A DNA stretch of 31,470 nt from a virus (lineage: Duplodnaviria; Heunggongvirae; Uroviricota; Caudoviricetes): IMG/VR virus record IMGVR_UViG_2541047775_000008. One strand, 5' to 3'. Of this stretch, positions 17,846-25,934 are shown piece after piece (position 1 is the first letter of the stretch; each line of letters starts with the position of its first letter). The notes below the pieces were generated by a model that did no database searches, was not told the origin of the DNA, and saw only the letters and a list, made by a program, of their open reading frames with translations. A program made the position numbers and the translations under genes.

Positions 17846-18481
17846 ATGAACACACTCGCAAATATTCAGGAACTCGCGCGCGCACTGCGCAACATGATCC
17901 GCACCGGCATTATCGTCGAAACCGACCTTAACGCCGGTCGCTGCCGTGTGCAGACCGGCGGCATGTGCACCGACTGGCTTCAGTGGCTGACCCATCGCGC
18001 CGGACGTTCGCGCACATGGTGGGCACCTTCCGTGGGGGAACAGGTGCTGATTCTGGCCGTGGGCGGTGAACTCGACACGGCGTTCGTTCTGCCGGGGATT
18101 TATTCCGGCGATAACCGCGCGCCGTCTGCGTCGGCGGATGCCCTGCATATCCGTTTCCCTGACGGGGCGGTGATTGAGTATGAACCCGAAACCAGTGCAC
18201 TCACGGTAAGCGGAATTAAAACGGCCAGCGTGACGGCTTCTGATTCTGTTACTGCCACGGTACCGGTGGTCACGGTGAAAGCGTCAACCCGTGTCACCCT
18301 GGACACACCGGAAGTGGTCTGCACTAACAAACTGACTACCGGCACGCTGGAAGTGCAGAAGGGTGGGACGATGCGCGGCAACATTGAACACACCGGCGGT
18401 GAACTCTCATCAAACGGTAAGGTACTGCATACCCACAAACACCCCGGCGACAGCGGCGGAACAACCGGGAGTCCTTTATGA
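17846..18481 (+). CDS. V: Baseplate spike / hub protein V, 211 aa
   Basis: Length and synteny as P2 V. Confidence 0.85.
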   Translation: MNTLANIQELARALRNMIRTGIIVETDLNAGRCRVQTGGMCTDWLQWLTHRAGRSRTWWAPSVGEQVLILAVGGELDTAFVLPGIYSGDNRAPSASADALHIRFPDGAVIEYEPETSALTVSGIKTASVTASDSVTATVPVVTVKASTRVTLDTPEVVCTNKLTTGTLEVQKGGTMRGNIEHTGGELSSNGKVLHTHKHPGDSGGTTGSPL

Positions 18482-18825
18482 CAGCGCGTTATCTCGGAAT
18501 GAATCGCAGTGATGGCCTGACTGTCACTGACCTTGAGCATATCAGCCAGAGTATCGGCGATATCCTGCGCACACCGGTCGGCTCACGGGTGATGCGTCGT
18601 GATTACGGCTCGTTGCTGGCATCAATGATTGACCAGCCGCAGACCCAGGCGCTTGAGTTGCAGATTAAGGTCGCCTGTTACATGGCGGTGCTGAAATGGG
18701 AACCCCGCGTCACCCTGTCATCCGTCACTACGGCGCGCAGTTTTGACGGGCGAATGACGGTCACGTTAACCGGCCAGCACAACGACACCGGCCAGCCACT
18801 TTCGTTAACCATCCCTGTGAGTTGA
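18478..18825 (+). CDS. W: Baseplate wedge protein W (gp25-like), 115 aa
   Basis: Length and synteny as P2 W. Confidence 0.85.
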   Translation: MTARYLGMNRSDGLTVTDLEHISQSIGDILRTPVGSRVMRRDYGSLLASMIDQPQTQALELQIKVACYMAVLKWEPRVTLSSVTTARSFDGRMTVTLTGQHNDTGQPLSLTIPVS

Positions 18826-18829
18826 AACC

Positions 18830-19738
18830 ATGCCGATTATCGACCTGAACCAGCTACCCGCACCGGATGTGGTCGAGGAGCTGGACTTTGAAACCATTCT
18901 CGCCGAACGCAAGGCGACACTGATTTCCCTTTACCCGGAAGACCAGCAGGAGGCGGTCGCCCGTACCCTGACGCTGGAATCCGAGCCTCTCGTCAAACTG
19001 CTGGAGGAAAATGCTTATCGTGAGCTTATCTGGCGTCAGCGTGTGAATGAGGCCGCACGGGCGGTGATGCTGGCCTGTGCCGCCGGTAATGACCTTGATG
19101 TGATTGGTGCCAATTACAACACCACGCGCCTGATTATCACCCCGGCAGATGATTCGACCCTCCCGCCGACACCGGCAGTGATGGAATCTGATACCGATTA
19201 TCGTCTGCGTATTCAGCAGGCGTTTGAAGGTTTAAGCGTCGCCGGGTCGGTGGGGGCCTATCAGTATCATGGTCGCAGTGCTGACGGGCGTGTCGCGGAT
19301 ATCTCTGTCACCAGTCCGTCTCCGGCCTGCGTCACCATCTCCGTGCTGTCACGTGAAAATAACGGCGTCGCATCCGAAGACCTGCTGGCCGTGGTGCGTA
19401 ACGCCCTTAATGGCGAGGACGTCAGGCCGGTGGCCGACCGCGTGACCGTGCAGTCTGCCGCCATCGTTGAATACCAGATAAACGCCACGCTGTATCTTTA
19501 CCCTGGTCCCGAAAGCGAACCCATTCGCGCTGCCGCCGTGAAAAAACTGGAAGCGTATATCACGGCACAGCACCGGCTGGGGCGCGACATCCGTCTGTCT
19601 GCCATTTATGCCGCTTTGCATGTGGAAGGCGTGCAGCGTGTCGAACTGGCTGCACCGCTGGCCGACATCGTGCTTAACAGCACGCAGGCGTCTTTCTGTA
19701 CCGAATACCGCGTCGTGACCGGAGGCTCGGATGAGTGA
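18830..19738 (+). CDS. J: Baseplate protein J, 302 aa
   Basis: Length and synteny as P2 J. Confidence 0.85.
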   Translation: MPIIDLNQLPAPDVVEELDFETILAERKATLISLYPEDQQEAVARTLTLESEPLVKLLEENAYRELIWRQRVNEAARAVMLACAAGNDLDVIGANYNTTRLIITPADDSTLPPTPAVMESDTDYRLRIQQAFEGLSVAGSVGAYQYHGRSADGRVADISVTSPSPACVTISVLSRENNGVASEDLLAVVRNALNGEDVRPVADRVTVQSAAIVEYQINATLYLYPGPESEPIRAAAVKKLEAYITAQHRLGRDIRLSAIYAALHVEGVQRVELAAPLADIVLNSTQASFCTEYRVVTGGSDE

Positions 19739-20342
19739 TTCGCGCCTGCTGCCGACCGGCTCATCACCACTTGAAGTCGCCGCCGCAAAAGCCTGTGCGG
19801 AAATTGAAAAAACGCCGGTCAGTATTCGTGAGCTGTGGAACCCGGATACCTGTCCGGCAAATCTGCTGCCGTGGCTGGCGTGGTCATTTTCGGTTGACCG
19901 CTGGGATGATAAGTGGCCGGAAGCGACAAAACGCGCTGTTATCCGCGATGCGTATTTCATTCACTGCCATAAGGGCACTATTGGTGCGATTCGCCGTGTG
20001 GTGGAGCCGCTCGGATATCTGATTGAGGTGAGGGAGTGGTGGCAGCTCAACGAGGAGCCGGGGACGTTCCGCATCGTTGTTGGCGTGCTTGAGCAGGGTA
20101 TTACCGAAGAAATGTATCAGGAGCTGGAGCGCCTCGTTGCTGATGCAAAACCGGCGAGCCGCCATCTGACGGGACTGGCTATCAGTTTAAGTACAACCGG
20201 CAACATTTTTGCCGGTGCGGGATGCTATCACGGTGACGCCCTGACGGTTTATCCCTACACCCCGGAGGCCATTATTGTCGGAGGGGATTATTTCCCGGCC
20301 TCGGCCATTCATTTAATTGATAACCTGAGAGTAAACGCATGA
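19731..20342 (+). CDS. I: Baseplate protein I, 203 aa
   Basis: N-terminus MSDSRLLPTGSSPLEVAAAKACAEIEK resembles P2 gpI; synteny. Confidence 0.85.
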   Translation: MSDSRLLPTGSSPLEVAAAKACAEIEKTPVSIRELWNPDTCPANLLPWLAWSFSVDRWDDKWPEATKRAVIRDAYFIHCHKGTIGAIRRVVEPLGYLIEVREWWQLNEEPGTFRIVVGVLEQGITEEMYQELERLVADAKPASRHLTGLAISLSTTGNIFAGAGCYHGDALTVYPYTPEAIIVGGDYFPASAIHLIDNLRVNA

Positions 20343-21535
20343 CAGTGAAATACTACGCCATTCTGACTAATCAGGGCGCAGCACGGCTGGCTAACGCGAC
20401 GATGCTCGGCAGTAAGCTGAATCTGACGCAAATGGCCGTTGGTGATGCGAATGGTGTCTTGCCGACACCAGACCCGGCACAGACAAAACTGATTAATCAG
20501 AAACGCATTGCACCGCTGAATCTTCTGAGTGTTGACCCGAACAACCAGAGCCAGATTATTGCGGAGCAAATCATCCCTGAGAACGAGGGCGGATTCTGGA
20601 TCCGTGAGATTGGGCTTTATGATGATGAAGGCGTACTCATTGCGGTGGCGAACTGCCCGGAAACGTACAAACCGCAGTTGCAGGAAGGCAGTGGTCGTAC
20701 CCAGACTATCCGCATGATTCTGGTTGTCACGAATACCGAAGCTATTACGCTGAAAATCGACCCGTCGGTGGTACTGGCGACCCGTAAATACGTGGATGAT
20801 GAAGTCCTGGAATTAAGGCTGTATGTGGATGACCAGATGAGAAAACACATTGCCGCACAGGACCCTCATACCCAGTATGCACAGAAACATAATCCGACAT
20901 TTACCGGAGAACCAAAAGCGCCGACGCCTGCCGCAGGAAATAACACCACGCGGATTGCGACCACTGAGTTTGTTCAGGCTGCTATTACCGCTCTGATTAA
21001 CGGCGCGCCTGCCACGCTGGATACACTGAAAGAAATTGCCGCAGCCATTAACAATGACCCGAAATTCAGCACCACCATTAACAATGCGCTGGCAGGTAAA
21101 CAACCGCTGGACAATACGCTGACTCATTTGAGTGGAAAGGATGTTGCCGGTCTTCTCGCATACCTTGGTTTGGGAGAGGCGGCAAAACGGGATGTGGGCA
21201 CAGGGGGGAATCAGATCCCGGATATGGGTAGTTTTGAATTCAGGAATGAACTGAATGAAGGATATGTACGGTTTCCTCAGAAATGGATGCTGCAATGGAA
21301 GAAAGTCTCTATTCCTGCAGCATCTGGTACTAAAGGGGCTACAGTATCAGCAAACTATTTAATCCCGTTCACATTAACGGTTATTGGGTCATGGGCCAAC
21401 GTTGAAAGCCGCACCATTAACGTGGCGGCGAGTCCGTTTGTCAGTGCATCTAATAACAATCTTTCTTCATTTCTTGCAACCAGTACATATACATCCAGCC
21501 AACTGGAAGTAATGGTGTATTCAATAGGGCGTTAA
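20339..21535 (+). CDS. H: Tail fibre protein H, 398 aa; constant N-terminal part joined to the currently expressed variable C-terminal cassette
   Basis: N-terminus resembles P2 gpH / Mu S (AVGDANGVLPTP...GGFWIREIGLYDDEGVLIAVAN). An inversion crossover site lies inside the gene at 21153..21178. Confidence 0.85.
   Translation: MTVKYYAILTNQGAARLANATMLGSKLNLTQMAVGDANGVLPTPDPAQTKLINQKRIAPLNLLSVDPNNQSQIIAEQIIPENEGGFWIREIGLYDDEGVLIAVANCPETYKPQLQEGSGRTQTIRMILVVTNTEAITLKIDPSVVLATRKYVDDEVLELRLYVDDQMRKHIAAQDPHTQYAQKHNPTFTGEPKAPTPAAGNNTTRIATTEFVQAAITALINGAPATLDTLKEIAAAINNDPKFSTTINNALAGKQPLDNTLTHLSGKDVAGLLAYLGLGEAAKRDVGTGGNQIPDMGSFEFRNELNEGYVRFPQKWMLQWKKVSIPAASGTKGATVSANYLIPFTLTVIGSWANVESRTINVAASPFVSASNNNLSSFLATSTYTSSQLEVMVYSIGR
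21153..21178. repeat. Left crossover site of the tail-fibre inversion (cix/gix-like, 26 bp)
   Basis: TTCTCGCATACCTTGGTTTGGGAGAG; its right half TTGGTTTGGGAGA is identical to the reverse complement of the site at 22996..23021. Confidence 0.6.
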
Positions 21536-21537
21536 TT

Positions 21538-21975
21538 ATGGAATTTTTATGGTCTCCCGCAAACCTGTCATTTTTTCCCGAGTCCCTAATACAGGAATAT
21601 ATCGATGCTGGCTGGGATTTATCAGATGCCGTTGCAATCAGCGATACCGTAAGAGCGGAATACGGTGGTGTATGGCCGCAGGGGAAAATTCTCTCCAGCG
21701 TGAATGGAATGCCAGCCTGGGCTGATATTCCACCGCCAACTCATGAGGAACAAATTGCCGCAGCCGAACTGGAAAAGCAGCAATTGATTGATCGGGTCAA
21801 CGAATACATAAACAGTAAGCAATGGCCTGGTAAAGCGGCGATTGGTCGTCTGAAAGGTGAGGAACTGGCACAATATAATTTGTGGCTGGATTATCTGGAT
21901 GCACTGGAAATGGTCGATATTTCCAGTGCTCCAGATATTGAATGGCCTACGCCTCCGGTAGTTCAGGCCAGATGA
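21538..21975 (+). CDS. G: Tail fibre assembly chaperone G, 145 aa (expressed orientation)
   Basis: Directly downstream of H; C-terminal motif DYLDALEMVDISSAPDIEWP is shared with the inverted paralog. Confidence 0.8.
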   Translation: MEFLWSPANLSFFPESLIQEYIDAGWDLSDAVAISDTVRAEYGGVWPQGKILSSVNGMPAWADIPPPTHEEQIAAAELEKQQLIDRVNEYINSKQWPGKAAIGRLKGEELAQYNLWLDYLDALEMVDISSAPDIEWPTPPVVQAR

Positions 21976-22549
21976 CATCCGGCGCGGTGCTGGTATCTGT
22001 TGCCACCACCGCGTCAATGTAATCCAGCACGGCGTTAAGTCGGGTTGTTTCTGCCAGCGTCAACTTCCGTCCGGCCTGTAATTTCAGCTGAATCAGACTA
22101 ATGGAAGCCATTGCTGCATCAATCAGTGACTGGCGCTGTGCTTCTGCCGCGTCTACTGCGGCACTATGCTGTGCCTCAGTATCCGTCACCCATTTCTCAC
22201 CATCCCATTTATCATATGGCGTTAACGGGGCGATAGTGGTTGTATTTTCAGGGTAATCACCCGGAGCTGTGATTTCTTTCGATTCTCCTGTTTCGGTGCT
22301 ATAGATGATTTCACCGCGATGGTCTGGCACATATTCCCATGAGTTAAAATCTGCAGAACGGCAGATTGCATAACCAGCTTTATGTGTAACTGGTGCATCT
22401 AAACAAGAACATGCCGGGATACCGACGCCAACCGCAAGATATTCAGTTGATGTGGAAATATATTCCCGCGTTTCACCATCATAATTATAAACGGTTATGT
22501 CTCCCGCTTTTATGGCAATGAGTTCGTTATTTAATACGGCTTTATTCAT
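21947..22549 (-). CDS. Alternative tail fibre assembly chaperone G', 200 aa (silent orientation)
   Basis: Convergent with G; C-terminus LDYIDAVVATDTSTAPDVIWP is homologous to the G C-terminus; 3' ends overlap by 29 bp. Confidence 0.75.
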   Translation of the reverse strand: MNKAVLNNELIAIKAGDITVYNYDGETREYISTSTEYLAVGVGIPACSCLDAPVTHKAGYAICRSADFNSWEYVPDHRGEIIYSTETGESKEITAPGDYPENTTTIAPLTPYDKWDGEKWVTDTEAQHSAAVDAAEAQRQSLIDAAMASISLIQLKLQAGRKLTLAETTRLNAVLDYIDAVVATDTSTAPDVIWPELPEA

Positions 22550-23021
22550 CAGGCAGCCCTCACGATATAATTAAAGGCAATGTTACGAGGTCGGTTTTCG
22601 TTTGCAGTTGGAACAACTCTGGAAGCATCGAATGTTACTCGCTTTGCATAACCACCGTTAATTGAATCAGATGAAGCAGCTCCGATGACGCTGGTTGTAA
22701 AAGCGCCAGAATCAGAAGGATAGGTATTAAACCTGACATCCACTAATGCACCAATTATATTTCGAATGGCATCGCCCTGTGATGAAAGCAAGCTACGGCT
22801 AGTATCTATTCCTCTTCCGTCATCCCAGCCACGAATAAACTCACCGCGTAAATCAGGCAATTTATTTGTCGGGTAAACTTTTGCCAGTTCCGGATACTCT
22901 TCGGCAGAAAAAGGCGCACCGTTGCATTTCAGCCAGCCTGTTGGCGGAGTGGCTGAAGGCCACGGAACAGGCACCCCAACAGGTAATGCAGAACCTTCTC
23001 CCAAACCAACGTTTATGAAAA
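22549..23021 (-). CDS. Alternative tail-fibre variable C-terminal cassette H' (promoterless, silent until inversion)
   Basis: Minus-strand ORF whose 5' end coincides with the right crossover site; would read ...LGLGEGSALPVG... after fusion to the H constant part. Typical tail-fibre C-terminal character. Confidence 0.7.
22996..23021. repeat. Right crossover site of the tail-fibre inversion (cix/gix-like, 26 bp)
   Basis: TTCTCCCAAACCAACGTTTATGAAAA; inverted relative to the site at 21153..21178. Confidence 0.6.
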
Positions 23022-23076
23022 TGCAGAGATAACGGGCAAGTGGCATCATCTCCGGTTTTTATTCAGGGGGATGCTC

Positions 23077-23670
23077 ATGCTTATTGGCTATGTACGCGTG
23101 TCAACAAATGACCAGAACACGGAATTGCAGCGTAACGCGCTGGAGTGCGCAGGATGTGAGCTGATTTTTGAGGATAAAATCAGCGGCACGAAGTCCGACA
23201 GGCCGGGGCTGAAAAAACTGCTCAGGACATTATCGGAGGGGGATACACTGGTAGTCTGGAAGCTGGACCGGCTGGGGCGTAGTATGCGGCATCTGGTCAT
23301 TCTGGTTGAGGAGCTGCGCGAACGCGGCATTAATTTTCGCAGCCTGACGGATGCCATTGATACCAGCACGCCGATGGGGCGTTTTTTCTTTCATGTGATG
23401 GGTGCCCTGGCTGAAATGGAGCGAGAACTCATTGTCGAGCGGACACGCGCCGGACTGGAAGCGGCCAGAGCTAAAGGTCGTATTGGTGGCAGGCGTCCGA
23501 AACTCACCGCGAGTGAGTGGGAGCAGGCCGGGCGGTTGCTGGCTGCAGGGGAATCACGTCAACGCGTGGCACTGATTTTTGATATTGGCCTGTCCACGCT
23601 CTATAAAAAATTCCCCGCCTCAGTGACAAAAAATAAATTGTGTCATCCCTTAGCCAACCGGGACAAATAG
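23077..23670 (+). CDS. Serine DNA invertase (Gin/Cin/Pin/Hin family), 197 aa
   Basis: N-terminus MLIGYVRVSTNDQNTELQRNAL with the catalytic serine motif; resolvase-like core; C-terminal HTH; RBS GGGGG upstream. Confidence 0.9.
   Translation: MLIGYVRVSTNDQNTELQRNALECAGCELIFEDKISGTKSDRPGLKKLLRTLSEGDTLVVWKLDRLGRSMRHLVILVEELRERGINFRSLTDAIDTSTPMGRFFFHVMGALAEMERELIVERTRAGLEAARAKGRIGGRRPKLTASEWEQAGRLLAAGESRQRVALIFDIGLSTLYKKFPASVTKNKLCHPLANRDK
23638..23656 (+). promoter_or_regulatory. Candidate late-promoter upstream element for the FI operon, located inside the 3' end of the invertase gene
   Basis: TTGTGTCA-N7-GCCA, the same motif as at 11480..11498, about 75-90 bp upstream of the FI ATG. Confidence 0.3.
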
Positions 23671-23729
23671 CCTGACATCTCCGGCACAACTGAAAATATC
23701 ACTCACCCATTAACCACGGAGTTAAACGG

Positions 23730-24920
23730 ATGAGTGACTATCATCACGGCGTGCAGGTGCTGGAGATTAACGACGGCACCCGCGTCATTTCCACCGTATC
23801 CACTGCCATTGTCGGCATGGTCTGCACGGCCAGCGATGCGGATGCGGAAACCTTCCCCCTCAATAAACCGGTGCTGATTACCAATGTGCAGAGCGCAATT
23901 GCAAAGGCCGGTAAAAAAGGCACGCTGGCGGCGTCGTTGCAGGCCATCGCCGACCAGTCAAAACCGGTCACCGTTGTCGTGCGTGTGGAAGACGGCACCG
24001 GCGACGACGAGGAAACGAAACTCGCGCAGACCGTTTCCAATATCATCGGCACCACCGACGAAAACGGTCAGTACACCGGACTGAAAGCCCTGCTGGCGGC
24101 GGAGTCGGTAACCGGTGTTAAACCGCGTATTCTCGGCGTGCCGGGACTGGACACCAAAGAGGTGGCTGTTGCACTGGCATCAGTCTGTCAGAAGCTGCGC
24201 GCTTTCGGGTATATCAGTGCATGGGGCTGTAAAACCATTTCCGAGGTGAAAGCCTACCGTCAGAATTTCAGCCAGCGTGAGCTGATGGTCATCTGGCCGG
24301 ATTTCCTCGCATGGGATACGGTTGCCAGTACCACCGCCACCGCGTATGCCACCGCCCGTGCGCTGGGTCTGCGTGCCAGAATCGACCAGGAGCAGGGCTG
24401 GCATAAAACGCTGTCCAACGTCGGGGTGAACGGTGTTACCGGCATCAGCGCATCTGTATTCTGGGATTTGCAGGAGTCCGGCACCGATGCTGACCTGCTG
24501 AATGAGTCAGGCGTCACAACGCTGATTCGCCGTGACGGTTTCCGCTTCTGGGGTAACCGTACCTGCTCTGATGACCCGCTGTTCCTCTTTGAAAACTACA
24601 CCCGCACCGCGCAGGTGCTGGCCGATACGATGGCTGAGGCGCACATGTGGGCGGTGGACAAGCCCATCACCGCAACGCTGATTCGCGACATCGTTGACGG
24701 CATCAATGCCAAATTCCGTGAGCTGAAAACAAACGGCTATATCGTGGATGCGACCTGCTGGTTCAGCGAAGAATCCAACGATGCGGAAACCCTCAAGGCC
24801 GGAAAACTGTATATCGACTACGACTATACCCCGGTGCCTCCTCTCGAAAACCTGACCCTGCGCCAGCGTATTACCGATAAATACCTGGCAAATCTGGTCA
24901 CCTCGGTTAACAGCAATTAA
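23730..24920 (+). CDS. FI: Tail sheath protein FI, 396 aa
   Basis: Length identical to P2 FI; RBS GGAG; synteny. Confidence 0.9.
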   Translation: MSDYHHGVQVLEINDGTRVISTVSTAIVGMVCTASDADAETFPLNKPVLITNVQSAIAKAGKKGTLAASLQAIADQSKPVTVVVRVEDGTGDDEETKLAQTVSNIIGTTDENGQYTGLKALLAAESVTGVKPRILGVPGLDTKEVAVALASVCQKLRAFGYISAWGCKTISEVKAYRQNFSQRELMVIWPDFLAWDTVASTTATAYATARALGLRARIDQEQGWHKTLSNVGVNGVTGISASVFWDLQESGTDADLLNESGVTTLIRRDGFRFWGNRTCSDDPLFLFENYTRTAQVLADTMAEAHMWAVDKPITATLIRDIVDGINAKFRELKTNGYIVDATCWFSEESNDAETLKAGKLYIDYDYTPVPPLENLTLRQRITDKYLANLVTSVNSN

Positions 24921-24932
24921 GGAGCCTGACCG

Positions 24933-25451
24933 ATGGCAATGCCGCGCAAACTCAAGTTAATGAACGTCTTTCTGAACGGCTACAGCTATCAGGGCGTTGC
25001 AAAGTCCGTCACGCTGCCAAAACTGACCCGTAAACTCGAAAACTATCGCGGTGCGGGGATGAACGGAAGCGCACCGGTAGACCTCGGCCTTGATGACGAT
25101 GCGCTGTCAATGGAGTGGTCGCTCGGGGGCTTCCCGGATTCGGTTATCTGGGAGCTTTACGCCGCAACCGGTGTGGATGCTGTGCCGATTCGTTTTGCAG
25201 GCTCTTACCAGCGTGACGATACCGGCGAAACGGTGGCCGTCGAAGTGGTCATGCGTGGACGTCAGAAAGAAATCGACACCGGCGAGGGTAAACAGGGAGA
25301 AGACACTGAGTCGAAAATCTCCGTGGTCTGCACCTATTTCCGGCTGACGATGGACGGTAAGGAGCTGGTCGAAATTGACACCATCAACATGATTGAGAAG
25401 GTGAACGGCGTCGACCGGCTGGAGCAACACCGCCGCAATATCGGCCTGTGA
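24933..25451 (+). CDS. FII: Tail tube protein FII, 172 aa
   Basis: Length identical to P2 FII; RBS AAGGAG. Confidence 0.9.
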   Translation: MAMPRKLKLMNVFLNGYSYQGVAKSVTLPKLTRKLENYRGAGMNGSAPVDLGLDDDALSMEWSLGGFPDSVIWELYAATGVDAVPIRFAGSYQRDDTGETVAVEVVMRGRQKEIDTGEGKQGEDTESKISVVCTYFRLTMDGKELVEIDTINMIEKVNGVDRLEQHRRNIGL

Positions 25452-25506
25452 TTTTCATCCGGTCAGCCAGGCTGACCGGTAACCCCGATTCAGAAGTGAG
25501 AAAACC

Positions 25507-25782
25507 ATGAACAAAGAAAATGTCATTACCCTGGACAATCCGGTCAAACGTGGTGAGCAGGTTATCGAACAGGTCACGCTGATGAAACCCAATGCCGGGA
25601 CGCTGCGCGGTGTCAGTCTGGCTGCGGTCGCGAACTCCGAAGTCGATGCACTGATTAAGGTGCTGCCGCGCATGACGGCACCGATGCTGACCGAGCAGGA
25701 AGTCGCCGCGCTGGAACTGCCTGACCTTGTGGCTCTGGCCGGTAAGGTGGTCGGTTTTTTGTCGCCGAACTCGGTGCAGTGA
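25507..25782 (+). CDS. E: Tail assembly chaperone E, 91 aa
   Basis: Length identical to P2 E; precedes the tape measure gene. Confidence 0.85.
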   Translation: MNKENVITLDNPVKRGEQVIEQVTLMKPNAGTLRGVSLAAVANSEVDALIKVLPRMTAPMLTEQEVAALELPDLVALAGKVVGFLSPNSVQ

Positions 25783-25934
25783 CGTTTCCGAAAAATCTCT
25801 CGGTCGATGACCTGATGGCGGATGTGGCTGTGATATTTCACTGGCCGCCATCAGAACTGTATCCCATGAGCCTGACCGAACTCATCACATGGCGCGAAAA
25901 GGCGCTCCGGCGAAGCGGAAACACGAATGAGTAA
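25507..25934 (+). CDS. E+E' tail assembly chaperone produced by -1 programmed frameshift
   Basis: Slippery heptamer TTTTTTG at 25755..25761. The -1 frame stays open to TAA at 25932..25934 and encodes ...FVAELGAVTFPKNLSVDDLMADVAVIFHWPPSELYPMSLTELITWREKALRRSGNTNE, overlapping the start of T. Confidence 0.8.
25755..25761 (+). promoter_or_regulatory. Programmed -1 ribosomal frameshift site (T6G)
   Basis: TTTTTTG in the E reading frame, 7 codons before the E stop. Confidence 0.8.

Larger units (their letters stand above)
21153..23021. mobile_element. Invertible tail-fibre segment (about 1.87 kb), analogous to Mu G / P1 C segments
   Basis: Bounded by 26-bp inverted crossover sites; contains the H variable end plus G on one strand and an alternative H' variable cassette plus G' on the other; a serine invertase gene lies immediately adjacent. 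Confidence 0.65.
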
